NCBI GenBank assembly: GCA_001179505.1
Contig: CDMY01000513.1
Coordinates: 1-61,309 of the forward strand
DNA from: Vitrella brassicaformis CCMP3155
Lineage: Eukaryota > Protista > Chromerida
Length of the DNA: 61,309 nt
Direction of reading: 5' to 3'
Below, in pieces: positions 25,801 to 39,021 of the stretch (its first letter is position 1; each line of letters opens with the position of its first letter). The notes under the pieces were generated by a model, which saw only the letters and a program-made list of their open reading frames with translations, did not search any database and had not been told where the DNA came from. A program made the translations under genes and the position numbers.

Positions 25801-28800
25801 GTGCAGCCATAGATGGTGCGGTGTGTTTGCAGGTGCTGTCGAGTGGGAGCGGTCTCGGGTGCTACTGCCAGCTGTATTGGGAGAGGTCGCTGATGGCGGG
25901 GCTGACGCCCCAAGCTGCCAGCCGAAAGCTGCTGGAAAGACTGTACGCAGCCCCGCACTCACCAAGCATCGATGCGTCCATCCGCTTTTGTCCGTGTCCG
26001 TGTCCGCGTGTGCGTGCAGGCCGATTCTGTTGCGCAGCCAGCCTGGCCCCGACCACACCGAGGCGCAGACACTGGTCGACAGGGTGGGGGAGCTCTTCCG
26101 CACCCCCGACATCACACCCACCATACAAACCATCACACAACAGCTGATGGTGAACACAACGCACCACAAGACAAGACGCGCATCTTATTCTATCTTATCC
26201 ACACACATACAACATATGCGTGTGGATGGTCCCTGTCTGCTACATCCAGATCATGTCGGCGCTGCCCCCCTCTGGCGGCAATGGTGGCACCCTCGAGCCG
26301 GCCAACCAGCTGCCCCTGCACCAGACTCTCCCCCTCAGCCTGTCGTCCCTCTTCGGCGGCCAAGTGGGCCGCAGCGGGTGGGATGGCTTCTACGACACCC
26401 TGCGGCAGCTGGCAATCATGGTCACGTGGGTGCACGAAGTCGTCATGGCTACTGGGGCGCTCGGACCGCCGGCTGTGCTGCCACACGTACACATACACAC
26501 GGGGGGTGTGTGTGGGATGTGTGGTTCTGGGGTCTGTATGGGGACATATTGTGTCTTGTGTCTTGTGTCTTGTGTCTTGTGTCTTGTCAGGTCAATATTG
26601 ACCGTCTGGTGAGGTCGCCGGCTGACCGTTTCACCTCCCTGCCGGCCGTGTTAGATGCCCTCGATGCACTGGTGGGCGAGCCATATGCAATTGAGGCAAT
26701 CCAGGGATATGTCTGTCTGTCTGTTTGCGGGCCGGTCCGCTGCTGATGCATGCAGCTGCCCAAGGCACTGGGGGTGACCAAGTGTCTGGCTGTCGAGTCG
26801 CCGGCCTTCCGTCCCACACGACAGCAAACTGACGGCCTCAGCGACAGGAGAAATGACACCGTCGTAAGCAAGAATGCCTTCCTCGGCCGCACCACAGGGT
26901 GACTGACGACGCTCGCCTTGCTGTGCCTGTCAGCTGAGTGCGGCGACCCACTGGGCGTGCGTGTGTGCGGCTGACGCTGAGGGGGCCATCTCGCGGGTGC
27001 CGTCGGTGTGGAGCTTCATGACGGAGCAGCTGCCCAGTATGATGCTCGAAATGGGGCTCTACGCCGCACTGGACGAGTGGAGCGCGCCACGGCTGGCTGC
27101 AATGGACCTGCTCACAGATGGAGCCGCCCACGTAAGTCTGCCCATGACCCATTCTATCTACCCCCTACACACGCACACATCTATGCTGTCGTTCTGTGTG
27201 CAGTACTATTGCGCGATGGTGTGTGCTGACCAAGGAGACCTTGCTGGCGCCCACAGGTCGCTGCAGAAGGCCCTGACCGACGGGTCGTTTCTGGAGCGGC
27301 AGCAGGTGGACCAGTCGCGTATCGCCAGGGTGATCCCCGCCGACCACCCCAACCGTGCCGCATGCCTCTTCTACACAAATGTCGCCAAGATGTGCAAAAG
27401 TGAGTGACTGAGACAAACAGAGAGGGAGGGCTGGTTGAGCCTGTTGTGTCCGGGGTGCGTGTGTGTGCAGACAGCACATTGCAGGGCGTGTGTGTGATGA
27501 AGGCGGCGGCCTTGGCGTCGTCATCGAGTGGGGGTGACAATGGCGCGGGGGTCGACGAGGGCGTCGCACAGCAGCTGTGGGCGCACGCATACGATACCAC
27601 ACTGGTACCACACACACCACACACCACACGCACCCTAATGCGGGCAGACAGCACATGTGCTGCATTCCGTCACATTGCATCGCAGGCGGCTGAGGAGTTC
27701 GGCAAGGCCTACACGTGTGCACTCATGTGCAGACCAGACCACCGCCGACACGCCGTCCTCGAAGTCCACAACAGAGCACTCGCAAAGGTACGCACGCACA
27801 TCAGACCACCAGACCTCCACAGAGGCCCTTTCTTCCAGCCCATCGACCCGACCCACTCACCCATTCATTCATTCATGTGTGTCAGGGCCTCAAGTATGCG
27901 GAAGGCCTAATTGACTCGGTGGACTCTTTCCTGCGGGCGGGGGGCAAGCACGGCAGCCTGGCGCACATCAGCAGAGTGGTGGAGGACCTGCTTCTTGACG
28001 TGTGGGAGCAGCTGACGCGGGCCAGCGCAACTGACACGGCCGTGTCTGTCAGCTTATCGGTCAGTGTGTGTGGGGGAGGGGGGATATGGGCTGGATCCTA
28101 TGGTGGGTGTTGGTCATTTGTCGTCAGGTGCTGTCGCGTATCCTCTCTGTCCTCGGCCGATCGTCTGACATCCCCATCGCCTACCTCATCGCCGCCACAC
28201 GACAAGAGTCAGTGAGTGAATGAGACACCCATCCAATCATCCGACCATCCATCCATCCATCCAATCATCCGACACACAACATTCCTCCCCATTGATGCAG
28301 AGTCGCCCTGCAGCAATTGGTGTCCCAGTGGCCAGGCGCCAAGCCCCCCGACCACGTCCACTACAAGGCAATATGGCAGCGGCGCACACCCTGGGAGGCA
28401 TTCCCCTCCCAGCTGATGGAGGCCGTGAGGGCTGGTGTGTCCTCAATGCCCCCCATGGCCACCATGGCGGGAGGCGACTACGTGCAAGATGCGGTGTTTT
28501 CTGTCGTCAAGATGCAGAAGGACATGATGCAGCGGTGGGTGCGTGTCTGATGCATGCGCGCCAGTCCTGATGGATGGATGTGTTGATTGCAGTGCTCTGG
28601 AGGCGTGGATGGAGTCTCTCCCGTCCACCGACCCCGCCCGGCATGATTCGGTCCCCCCTGTGCCCTTCCCTCAGTCCTTCCTCCAGATGCCCCTGAGCGC
28701 TCCCCGCCATACACGGCCACCAGCAGCAGAGGCCAACGTCGAGATGACCGATGCGCAGCAAGACCAGCAGCAGCAGCAGCCAGCCAGTGGCGGTGGAGAG

Positions 28801-30436
28801 GAGACCTCACTTGACGGCATCGAGGTCCCGTCCTGTGTGCTGGTCGACGGAGCCATGCTGCATCGGCTGTTCATGCTCGCCGAGTGAGGGCTCGGTGGAT
28901 TCACTAATCCGTCTTTCTCTCTCTGTATGTCATGACAGGTGTCGGTGCATCGTCTTGGAGCGGAAACATCACCCCGATTGGCCGCTCCCCCACAGCCCCC
29001 TGCAAATCGCAAGGAAACTGGTCAGCAGCTTCACCACACAGACACACACACATACATACACACACGCGGAGCCTGTGTATCTGTCGGTCTGTCTGTCTGT
29101 CTGTCTGTCTGTATGCAGGCTGCGTCAGGCTGCAACCCCCACCTCAATGCAGCCCTTGTGCTGTGCGACTCGTTCGCCATAGACCGCATGGAAGTCTTGA
29201 AGGTGCTGGCAGTAGAGGCGGCCGACAGGATCGCCGGCGCCCAGACGGGCCGGAGCGTCGACGTCGCCATGGACAACCTCACCACTGCCACTGACAGGTC
29301 AGTACAGTAAGTGAGACAGAGAAGGAGAGCCGTCCTCACACACAGACGTGCAAGTGGATGGATGTTTGTGTCTTGTCTGGTCTGGTTAGGATGGTGTGTG
29401 GCCCGACCCACCTAATGCATGCGGCTCATGACGTGGCGGTGCTGCTGTTTTGGTTCCTCAAGACGTTTGAGTGCCAGCCCAACCCGCTCAGGACATGGGG
29501 CGCTGGCGGATACACCGACCACCAACACGTCGCCGCATTCATCAGACACGTGGTAGGTAGAGAGGAGGGAGGGATGGGATGGACGGTAGGCTGCAGTGTT
29601 TTCTGGTCCTTGTGTGTCTGTGGCGTCGTTTGCAAACCAGGTGCGCCTCTACAAGGTCCGTGACGATGCCGACACTCCCCCAGCTGCTGGTGGTGGTGGT
29701 CTCCACTGCGGCACACTGCTACAAGTGCTCATGAACTTTGGCCTGCTGCAGGTGCCAAAACTCCTTCCCTCTATGGATGGATGGATGGATGCGTGTGTGG
29801 TTGGGTTTGGTGTGTAATGTTCGATCAGGATGCAGTCGAGGTGGTTGAGTCTCGTCTGCACGTGCCGCAGCTGGACGTGCTGGCCCACCACACCATCACA
29901 CACATGATACCGCCGCTAGACCAAAAGGGCTTTGGCGGAGTGGGCGGCGCCATTCCCATACCCCTACTCGGACAGGTACGCAGCCACACGCAGGCCGGCC
30001 AGCAGAGCCGTGTACGGGCGGAGTACTGTGTTTTCTGGTTTGGTGTGTCGCCACGGGTCAGCTTCGTGCCTGTGTTCAGCGAGAGCGTGCCATCGAGGCA
30101 GAGATGGGCAGCCGACCAGGTGTGCACAGACAGACACCAAGACACTAGGCAGCAACGACCACGTGTGTGCTGCTCTGTGTGTCTCTGTGTCTCTCTCTGT
30201 GTGTATGTTTGGTTGTTTAGCGTCGCGGGATTACTTCCGGAGGCTGCTTGACCGCCTCAACGATTGCGAGGAGGCCTACTGGACGGTACACCCACGTCCA
30301 CACTGATTCCCTGGTGATTGGTATGTGTGACTGCGTATATGTGCTGTGTCAGGCCCGGGAGGAGTACGAGCAAGTTCGGGTTCTCCACAACGCGCCGCTG
30401 TTCGAGCAGATTAAGAACACAGAGCAGCTGCAGTGA
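22863..30436 (+). CDS. NUP160: Large beta-propeller plus alpha-solenoid protein, probable nucleoporin Nup160
   Basis: 7.5-kb many-exon gene with beta-rich N-terminal exons and a helical C-terminal half. The C-terminal LLQVLMNFGLLQDAVEVV..AIPIPLLGQLRACV resembles the recalled Nup160 pattern LLRLYLNYDLLEEAVDLV..WLPYSSIDQLL. Confidence 0.55.
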
Positions 30437-30803
30437 GGGCGAGAGTAGAGTGACATCTAGCGAAGGGCTTGCTCGCGACGGATGGACGGACCGGACCATG
30501 TGTGTGGCAAACACGTGATGACCGACTTGATGATAACTACCATGCCATGCCAGCCTCTCCTTCCCCCCCCCCCCATCCACTGAATTGTCACTCATTGTCA
30601 ATCTCATTCGAGCGTGCCAGTAGGGAGCGAAAAAGACAAGACCCCACATGCTCACGTAGACACAGACAGAACTTCTCCCGACCGCTCAGCTCGTTGATTA
30701 GCCAACCACAAAAACGGACGGACTCAAAAACAAGCAAACGGGGCCGTCCGTGAGATTTGTATGCATCCATCCATCCAGCCAGCCATGGGGGTGAGTGGGG
30801 AGG

Positions 30804-32983
30804 TCAGATGGTGGTCGCCCCCGGCGTCTCGAACCGTGGAGTGAGGAAGAAGCACAGCGGCACCTGAATGAATCATGGGAGAATTGGGTATTGGTGAGCC
30901 GCACACGGACAGGACAGATACAGGCGGGCGTTGCTGCTTACTTGCAGCAGTGCCAGGCCCATGATGAGGTACTTCGTGGGCAGCGAACCTCCCGACTTGA
31001 CACCTGCAGGACACACACAACGCACGCATACACACATTTTGCCAGCCCGCCACCAAGGTGCCGGCCACCCTGGCGTACCCCATTCTGATGCCGTGCTGGT
31101 CTGGTGTGGCTGCTGGGCTTCCAGGAACTTCCACTGATGCATGCACATGGACATGGACACACACGCAGCGAGATAGAATCGGTCTCCGTGGTCACCATCC
31201 ACTTGTCATTGGCTTCCTCATAAACTCACCGTGACGAATGCGGCGCAGAGCGACAGGTAGCTGAAGGCTATCCAGAAGAGGACCCGGTGGAACTTGCCCG
31301 TCAGAGCAACAATCACCAAACCCACCGCCACTATCAACACCAAGCTGCACGACAACAGCCATTACGAGTGTGTGAACGCCACGCGCGTGAAGGCCCCTCC
31401 CCCTCCACTAACCTGACGAATTTGTATGCTGCGACGGCGACCATGTCTAGCCAGAGGACCTGGCTGCCCTTGCCGCCGCCCAGGTAGAACCCCAGTTTGG
31501 CAGCCAGCACCTCCAGGAACACAACGATGCCCGCATAGGTCGCACGCGCACCCAACAACTCAGGGTGAAAACTGACCACACACAACACAAGCACCGAGCG
31601 TCTCAGTGGCACCTTGTCTGTGTGCTTGCTTGTTGGCCCCTCCCTCCCTCGCTGCCTGACGCACTTACTTTGCGAGTGTGCCTTTGGTGAGTCCGAATGC
31701 GAGGATGTATGTGATGTAGGCCATTAGAGGGATGTACAGATCCAGCTGGGTCACATCGCTACTGCACAACCACAACCACAACCACAACCACAACCACACA
31801 CACACACACCAAAGCTGGATACACGCACGCCTCTATAGTGAGAAGCCCTGCGGTCTGTACTCCACCTCTGTTTGTTTGTTGGTTCTGAGATGCCGCCGCC
31901 GGGCGACCACTGATCCGCACCGGCAGACTGAGGCGACCGACCCCCACGGCCAAAGGACTGACACATACGCAGCAAGATGGAAGTGAGATCTCTGCAGTGC
32001 TTGGGTCACCGAGTCACCTGTTGTTTGATGAATGGGCACAGCAGGAACAGAAGTTTGCTGAGGACGTAGCTGTGGCTCACTTGGAAGTATCGACTCAGCG
32101 CTACCAGCGACGCCGGCCACCACCCCTTCAGCTCCTTGAACTACACACACACACACACACATACATAAGACAGGCACGATAGACACATGAGGCGTAAGTG
32201 TCCCCCTCCCTCTCTCCTTGGCTGCATTCCATTCCTCACCTGTTCCTCCCTGATGCCCAGTCCCTCGGCCATGCCCTTGAGAGCGAACCCCGCCACAGCA
32301 TTGGACAGCTGGGGGTCCATTCCCATGCCCATCCCCACCATCTGCACCGCCTGACCCACACCACCAATACCCCCCTGGCCGACGCCGACCCCGCCCCCCT
32401 GCTGCATTGGCGGCTGACTGGCAAACCCTCCCGGCTGATCCGAGCCGTCCTGTGAGGGGTGGTACGGGTGGTGGTGCGGTGCTCGGTGGGACGGCTGCTG
32501 AGGCGCCCAGGGCGACGACACCGGCCCTGACGATGGCTGGCTGGCTTCTGGCCCTGCTAGTGCGCCTCCGCCGTTCATGGCCATGCCCATTCCGCTGTGG
32601 TGGTGGCTTCTGTTGGTCATGGTGGGCCCGCTGGGGTGTGGCCCGAGATTGACGGTGCGCGACGCGGGCATGGCAGATGGATGGGGAACACCTGTGGTGC
32701 GCAATCGATCACGATGGATACAAACACACAGGGCGCATTCCGTGGATGCGCGCATACCTGTTGGCATCTGCTGGTCAGGGCTCGTGAATGAGCTGCAGAT
32801 CAACACGGGCAGAAAGACAGGCGTGACGTGTGAACCTGTGAGGACGTCAGTCAGGTGTATTCGAGTTCCCTACCTTGACTGGTGCCACTGGAGGTCGTCC
32901 CCGCCCGCAGCCACCCCGGGCATCTGTCTGTTTGCCGCACCCCTGGGATTCAAGCCGAACGGGGATTTCACTGGAGGCCGCAT
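30804..32983 (-). CDS. YIF1: YIF1/Hrf1 family ER-Golgi membrane protein
   Basis: Motifs RYFQVSHSYVLSKLLFLLCPF, DLYIPLMAYITYIL, FHPELLG and LDMVAVAAYKFV, after a Gly/Gln/Pro-rich N-terminus. Confidence 0.9.
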
Positions 32984-33553
32984 TGGAGATCAGCTGACAA
33001 TCAAACGGATCTGACGCCTGATCTGTATGATATATGAGGTGCTCAGGCAGCCACTCGCCCGCTGATCAAAAAACTCCCGAAGCCACCAAGGGCGAGCTTG
33101 CAAGCTCGCAAGTGTTTTCTGGGTCTTTTTCGTCCACGGGACGCTTGGCGGCTCCCATCGCGGCCTCATGTCCCTCATTGGACCTTATTCAGCCACCGCC
33201 GACGAAATCTGACGGTGCATTCAGCCTGTGGGCATTGCTGGGTGCCCTGGCCCTGTGTGGGCCATCCGTAGCGTCTGTGCGAAGGCTGCTGAAGGGTCCT
33301 GCACGCCTGCAACAGCCTCCTGCAGCGCCACCGTGACCGAGTGGTGCCGTTTTGCAACAGTGCAGTGCCAGCAGCCAGCAGAGCATCCCTCAAGGCTTGG
33401 CCGCCTAGGCAGACCGCCCCGCCCCCGCCCCTCTTCAATCCACCTGTCGCATCTTTTCCCCCCCTGGTGATAATTGTCGCTCTCGAGCCTCGCCTGACAT
33501 CCTCATCGCCATTTGCAACGATCTTTGCCCGTCTTTAGCACCTGCCTGCCGTC

Positions 33554-36057
33554 ATGATGGCCTTGCTGAGTTGGCTGGTTGCGCTGGTACAGCGGCTGTT
33601 CGAGGACCGGACGCACTCCTTCTCGGCGGCGCTTAAGCTCACACTACGACTCTCCCCACTAGGTGCGCATCGCATTCATGCAGAGGGAGGGAGGGAGGGA
33701 GGGGGGCGGGAAGGCGCTCTTATGCAGAGGCGTTTGGTTTGTGTGGTGGGATGTTGTTTGTGTCATGCAGAGGCGCTCAGCATCTTCGTACTCACGACCG
33801 TCATAATGGACCCGTCATGGGTGCGCCAGGCGCTCACCCCCGCGTGGCACCGCTGGATGGCCATCGTCAACACACGGCTCTACCAACAGCACGTTGGCAA
33901 ACCCGCCACCCGGACGATCGCGGGCAAGGGAGTCGCCCTCGTCCTGGCGACCCTGGGGCTGTGCATCCTGGCGATCGTCTCTGTGGCGGAGTACATGTTC
34001 GACCACTTCCAGCGGCTGCTGGTCGACCTGTACGATGTCTTCTTCGCCCCCAATGACCACCACCACCACCACCATGCCACCCCACCCCAACCCGATCCTC
34101 GGCATCTGATCCCTCCGTCTCCTGATGGCCGTGTGTGTGGCTCGACCGAGCATGTCTTTGACCTTGACCCAACCTCCCCCCTCAACGACCCCGCAGCGCC
34201 CGTCTACCGCCGACCCCTGTGGACCCAAGCTGTGTCCTTCTCCCCGCCCCCGAAAGGCACATCACACGACGAGTCGGCTACACGCACACAGGGCGGCGCC
34301 GACAAGACAGCTGTGGAGACCCAGATGGTGGTCGAGCACTATGAGGAAGACCAGGAGGCCCGGCAGGCGCGGGAGGCTGCCACTGCGGCTCTGCAGGAGG
34401 CGACTGAGCGTCTGCTGTCGACCACGCCGGGAAAGCAGCCGCCCACCTGCTACGGCATTTCGCGCACCATTGACCAGGCCAATGTGGTGATCGCCCGTCG
34501 CAAGGACGGCCTGATGCGGCCCAATATGGCTGTCGACGAGAGGAGGGCAGGGGCGATGGGGATGAGCCAGGCGACGACATGCTGCCGGCCCAGCTGCAAC
34601 TTCACCGCATCCTTCGAGTCCACCGACCTGCCCAGCCGATCGCACTCTCCGCCGCCCCACCGCGGTCGCACCATGGACACCAGCACCGAGCAGTCCACTA
34701 AGACGACCGGCCGCATCGGCAGCGTCATGACCATCATGGAAGGCACGCTGGTCGGCGTGCACTCGAGGAAGGGCGGCGTGGACGAGGCCTTCAGCCACGT
34801 GTACAACAGCATCATGGCCTCAGCAGAGGAGCACGACCCTCCCCGAAGGCAGCAGCACAGGCCCACAGCCACCAGCTACACCATCGGACCCCAGATGGCC
34901 GGCTGCGACGGTCTGCTGCCCACTCGTATTCGCCACCCCTTCCCCCAGCAGCAGGTCCACCTGCCCTATGTGCCCGGGCAGCAGCAGATGCAGGAGGGGT
35001 ATGGGATGCGGGAGGGGTATCACGCCGGCGTGTGTGAGGGGGGAGTATACCCTGGGAGTGGGGGGTATGGGTATGGTGGCGGAGGGGGGATGGAGCAGCC
35101 GGGGCCATATGCGGGGCCGCCAATGGGACTGGAGCACACCAGCCTTCATCGAGCCTTTTGCACCACATCTGAGGGTACGCAGGGCAGGGGAGGGAGGGAG
35201 GGTGACCATTCGTCCATCAGCCAGCCAATGGCACTCCTCCCCTTGTCTCCCTCTCTGTGTGTGTGTTGGTCAGATGTGAAAACCAACATCCACGACCTGT
35301 TGTTCGCCGTCAAGAAGGGCTCCAGCACCAGCAAGCCGCTGAACGCCAACGCTCCGCCTTTCCCCGACCCCTCACTCCCCACCTACCGACCCAGCATTAC
35401 CGCACTCATGAACCAAGACAACGATCTCGGCGTAGAGGCCTTGCTGCAGGAGGCCAGCAGCAGCCAGTGGTGTCAGAGCGGTGTGTGGTGGGGCTCCACG
35501 TGCAGCCGCAAGTGTAGTGACAAGGCAGATGGCGGTGTCGCGCCCTGCAAACGGGACATCATGTTGGCCGAGGTCAGTCAGTCAGTCAGTTAGCGAGGGG
35601 GAGAGCACAGAGACACCGATGGATGGAATGAGGCACGTTTGGGCACCTGGTCGGTCTCTGTGTGTGTCATCACATACATCAGGCGTTCGGCCCTTCCCTG
35701 TTCTTCACTCCCATGCCCGAGGAGGGCCGCCAGCACACCACTACCACCACGTCGGCCATCACCAGCAGCACCCACACCCACACCCACACCCACACCACAC
35801 CCACCAACAGCCACTCCGGCTCACGTGCCCCTCCCTGCCCACCACCCTTCGCCCCATCTGTCGGCACCCTGGTGGCCCGCTGCGCGCTGCACCCGGCATG
35901 GGTGGACGTGCTCATGGCCCAGGGGGTGACAGTGCCATCGCTTGCCGCCATGACGGTGGAGCAGCTGACGACCATCACGGGCATGGACGCTCAGCCCGCG
36001 GAGACACTCATTGCACTGGCTGGCGCAGTCGCTGTGGGGCTGCCGGCCTCTTCCTGA
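33554..36057 (+). CDS. Hypothetical protein: N-terminal hydrophobic segments, low-complexity middle, PAM2-like motif, C-terminal SAM/HhH-like domain
   Basis: 679-aa ORF with short in-frame introns. A phase-0 intron (35573-35682) leads to the last exon ending WVDVLMAQGVTVPSLAAMTVEQLTTITGMDAQPAETLIALAGAVAVGLPASS*. Confidence 0.6.
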
Positions 36058-37002
36058 CTGACTCATGGACACACCAGATGGGATGCCGGGGGGTCGGTTC
36101 ATGGACGTAGAGAAGGAAGGCCTGTTTCTCGCTGGCAGCTTGGGTGGCCGGCTGGCTGGCTGGCAGAGTCGCGTGGATGATGCCTTTGCGTGTGAGTAAC
36201 GATGGAGCTGCTGAGTGAGGCCTTCTTCTTTTCTCTTGCCACACTGGTGTGCTGTATTGCCCCATACTGACTGACTTTCCCCACCCCCATGCGCCGTTGT
36301 CGATACACACACACAAGACAGCCTACCCATTGCCCACACCACCTACACCCACATTAACGTAGCGCCCGTCTATCCCAACGATCAGACGCAACGCAGTGCA
36401 CCCCAAACAGACAGACAGACAGGCAGACAGACAGATAGGCAGACAGGCAGACAGAGAGGCGGAGGGAAGCCAGCCCTTCGAGGAATATTCGTGGTTTCGT
36501 CAGTCATCAATCAGTCTACTAAGAGCCTGAGAGACCAGAGACCGTGACGGCTCTCTTGTGATTGATGCATGTCTCGACGCATCGTAGTTGTGGCCGCCTG
36601 TCGCTGTCTATCTGCCCGCCTGTTCGAGTGCGTCGATCCATTCATCCATCCACTCACTCATGGGTAAAAATGCGATGCCTAAGTGTGACTGAGTTGCGTT
36701 TGCCTGCCCGCCTGGGTATAAGGAGGGACCGAGGGAGGGAGGGATGGAAGGACAGAACGAGCGTGTGCCGTGCACAAGTGGACCAATGCCTGATATATAT
36801 ATATGCTGAAAACGAGATTCGTCTCAACCGTGTGTGTATGCACATTTGATCGATCGGTCTTGAGGACACGTATGTATGTCTGATCACACGATACACCATG
36901 CGCACCACAAACGACCAACCGACAAAACAACCAGAGTAAGACCATCGTCTTGTACCCACCCACACACCCACCCACACAAAGACTGACGGAGCACCCCTCT
37001 AT

Positions 37003-39021
37003 CTACCCATCCCAATACTCCATTGTCTCCTCCTCGTCGGCCTCAGCCTCCCCCCTCCCCATGCCATTCGCCACCCCGTCGTCAATGGCCTCATCCTCAT
37101 CGCCCTCGTCGCCCTCGCCGTTCTCCTCCTCCCACCTGGCCTCCTCCAGCCGGTCACGCGCACGGTCATCCCTCTCTGCCTGTGCTGCCGCCCTCTTGCT
37201 CACCGGGGTGCTGCCCAGACCTCCGGAAGGCTTGATGAACATCTGGTTGGCACCACGACGAATGCCCACACGAGGGGCGAAACGGGAAGACGATGGGACG
37301 GCCGCTGGTCGGGCTGAGGGGGCCTTGTGGGCTGCGTCGACCGCGTCGTGTGATGGTTCATCCGACGGCTCGGACGTTGGGAACAGCAGCCGTTGTGTGT
37401 TCTGGATCTGCTCGATTCGCTCGATGACCCTCCTGAGCTTGTCGGCCTCATCCTTTGCGGCAGCCACAGCACTTGCCGCCGGCCCCCTGCCCAGCTGCCC
37501 CTGCCCCCAGCTGGTAATCATGTCCTCTTTGAGCTGCTCAATGGTCATTGTGTCGTCGGTGCGGTGTGCCCACAGCAACGACCGCAGCTGATGCCACTGG
37601 AATATCTGCAGAGGGCTCGGCAGCAGCAATGACGCCGCGTCGGTGAGGCCTCGCGAGGAGGCCGGGAGGAGGCACCACAGCGCCTCCGACTCGTTGGCCG
37701 GCATCTTGATGTCGAGAAGGGTGGCGATGGGCGTGTCGAGGGTGTCCATGGTGGGTGGCGCCTTTGTGCTCTTGCGCTTGGGCGACGCCTCCTCGCCTCC
37801 ATTTGCTGCATCCGCTTCCCTCTCCCTCTTTCTGCCGTTCTTGTCGCCGCCATTGACCTTGTCAGCCAGACAGCCGTCAACGTGCTCGTCGAGCAGGGCC
37901 GTTGCCAGCCGATAGGCGTCAGCACCGAGGGGCGACGCATCGGCCGCCTCCTCGGCAGCAGCTTGGAGGGCTTCAGAGAGCGATGGGAGGGACATTGGGG
38001 TGACGTGCTGCTGCTGCTGTGAGTGGTCGATGCGCATCGCAATCTCCACCAGGCTCGTCAGGCGGTCGTGGACGAGGAAGGCCAGCGCTTCCATTGCCCG
38101 TCCGTTGGTCACGGGCACTCTGCTGTCCTTGTCGGCCCCCATGGCCGCCAGCAGACCCTTGACATAGTCCTTGAAGGCCTTCTGCTTCTTCTTGCCGGTG
38201 AACAGCTGCTGCTCAGCCGCATGCCACGCACTGTACGCGGCGCCCTTCATGGCCTTGCTGCGCGCATCTCTGAAGGCCAGACGGTGGAAGAAGCGATCAG
38301 GGGGGAGGAGGCTGTCCGCAGAGGGAGAGCGACTGTCATGGATGGCCGTCGGTGCAGCAGCTTCACCATCTGGCTGCTCTTGGGCGGCGGCTGCCATGTG
38401 TGTGAGGGCGTCGATGTCCTCTCCTTCGTCGTCCATGGCACCGGTCGCCTTGGACGTCACTGCCTTCTTCTTGTCGTACTCGGACATCTCCTGTGGGAAG
38501 ACCTCGCTCAGGAAGGCCATGAACTTGGTGGCTGCCGCTCCCTTGCCGCCGGCCTGGCTGTCGCACCGATCGAAGACGGTCATCAGAGCCGCCAGCCAGT
38601 GGTTGAGGTAGTGGTGTGCCGCTGTGGCGCTAGCCTCTGAGCACTCCTGGGCGTCGCCAAACGTGAAGAGCGCCCTGCGGACGGCATCGAGGAGAGGGGT
38701 CTCGCGCAATGTGGTGGCGTCGACCCCCAAAGCGGCAAGTGTCCGCAGACCACTCGTAGATGCTGCCGCTGCTGCTGGTTGTTTGGAGTCGGCTTTCTTC
38801 TTGTTGCTTGACGAGGAGCCTGCTGCTGCTGCTGCTGCTGCCGTTTTCGCTTCATGCCGCTGCTTGAGGACGGCCACCATCCTCCCTCGAACCTTCTCGT
38901 CGAGCACGGCCACGCATGCAGCCCAGTTCTGCCGGTCCTGCTGATTGAGGAGGTTGGCTATCTCCTCGACGCTCTTGCCTCGAATGGCCACCTTGAACCG
39001 ACTCACGGCTTCAGATGCCAT
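37003..39021 (-). CDS. SPT3: SPT3-like (SAGA/TFIID-18kDa family) histone-fold transcription cofactor, intronless
   Basis: ALFTFGDAQECSEASATAAHHYL, RLAFRDARSKAMKGAAYSAWHAAEQQLFTGKKKQKAFKDYV and AMEALAFLVHDRLTSLVEIAMRI parallel the recalled SUPT3H blocks [52 protein letters not shown] and [21 protein letters not shown]. Confidence 0.7.
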   Translation of the reverse strand: MASEAVSRFKVAIRGKSVEEIANLLNQQDRQNWAACVAVLDEKVRGRMVAVLKQRHEAKTAAAAAAAGSSSSNKKKADSKQPAAAAASTSGLRTLAALGVDATTLRETPLLDAVRRALFTFGDAQECSEASATAAHHYLNHWLAALMTVFDRCDSQAGGKGAAATKFMAFLSEVFPQEMSEYDKKKAVTSKATGAMDDEGEDIDALTHMAAAAQEQPDGEAAAPTAIHDSRSPSADSLLPPDRFFHRLAFRDARSKAMKGAAYSAWHAAEQQLFTGKKKQKAFKDYVKGLLAAMGADKDSRVPVTNGRAMEALAFLVHDRLTSLVEIAMRIDHSQQQQHVTPMSLPSLSEALQAAAEEAADASPLGADAYRLATALLDEHVDGCLADKVNGGDKNGRKREREADAANGGEEASPKRKSTKAPPTMDTLDTPIATLLDIKMPANESEALWCLLPASSRGLTDAASLLLPSPLQIFQWHQLRSLLWAHRTDDTMTIEQLKEDMITSWGQGQLGRGPAASAVAAAKDEADKLRRVIERIEQIQNTQRLLFPTSEPSDEPSHDAVDAAHKAPSARPAAVPSSSRFAPRVGIRRGANQMFIKPSGGLGSTPVSKRAAAQAERDDRARDRLEEARWEEENGEGDEGDEDEAIDDGVANGMGRGEAEADEEETMEYWDG

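Noticed and set aside
36505-36567. Imperfect hairpin CATCAATCA..TGATTGATG as a snoRNA or miRNA
   Set aside because: The stem is short and interrupted, with no convincing C/D or H/ACA box arrangement.
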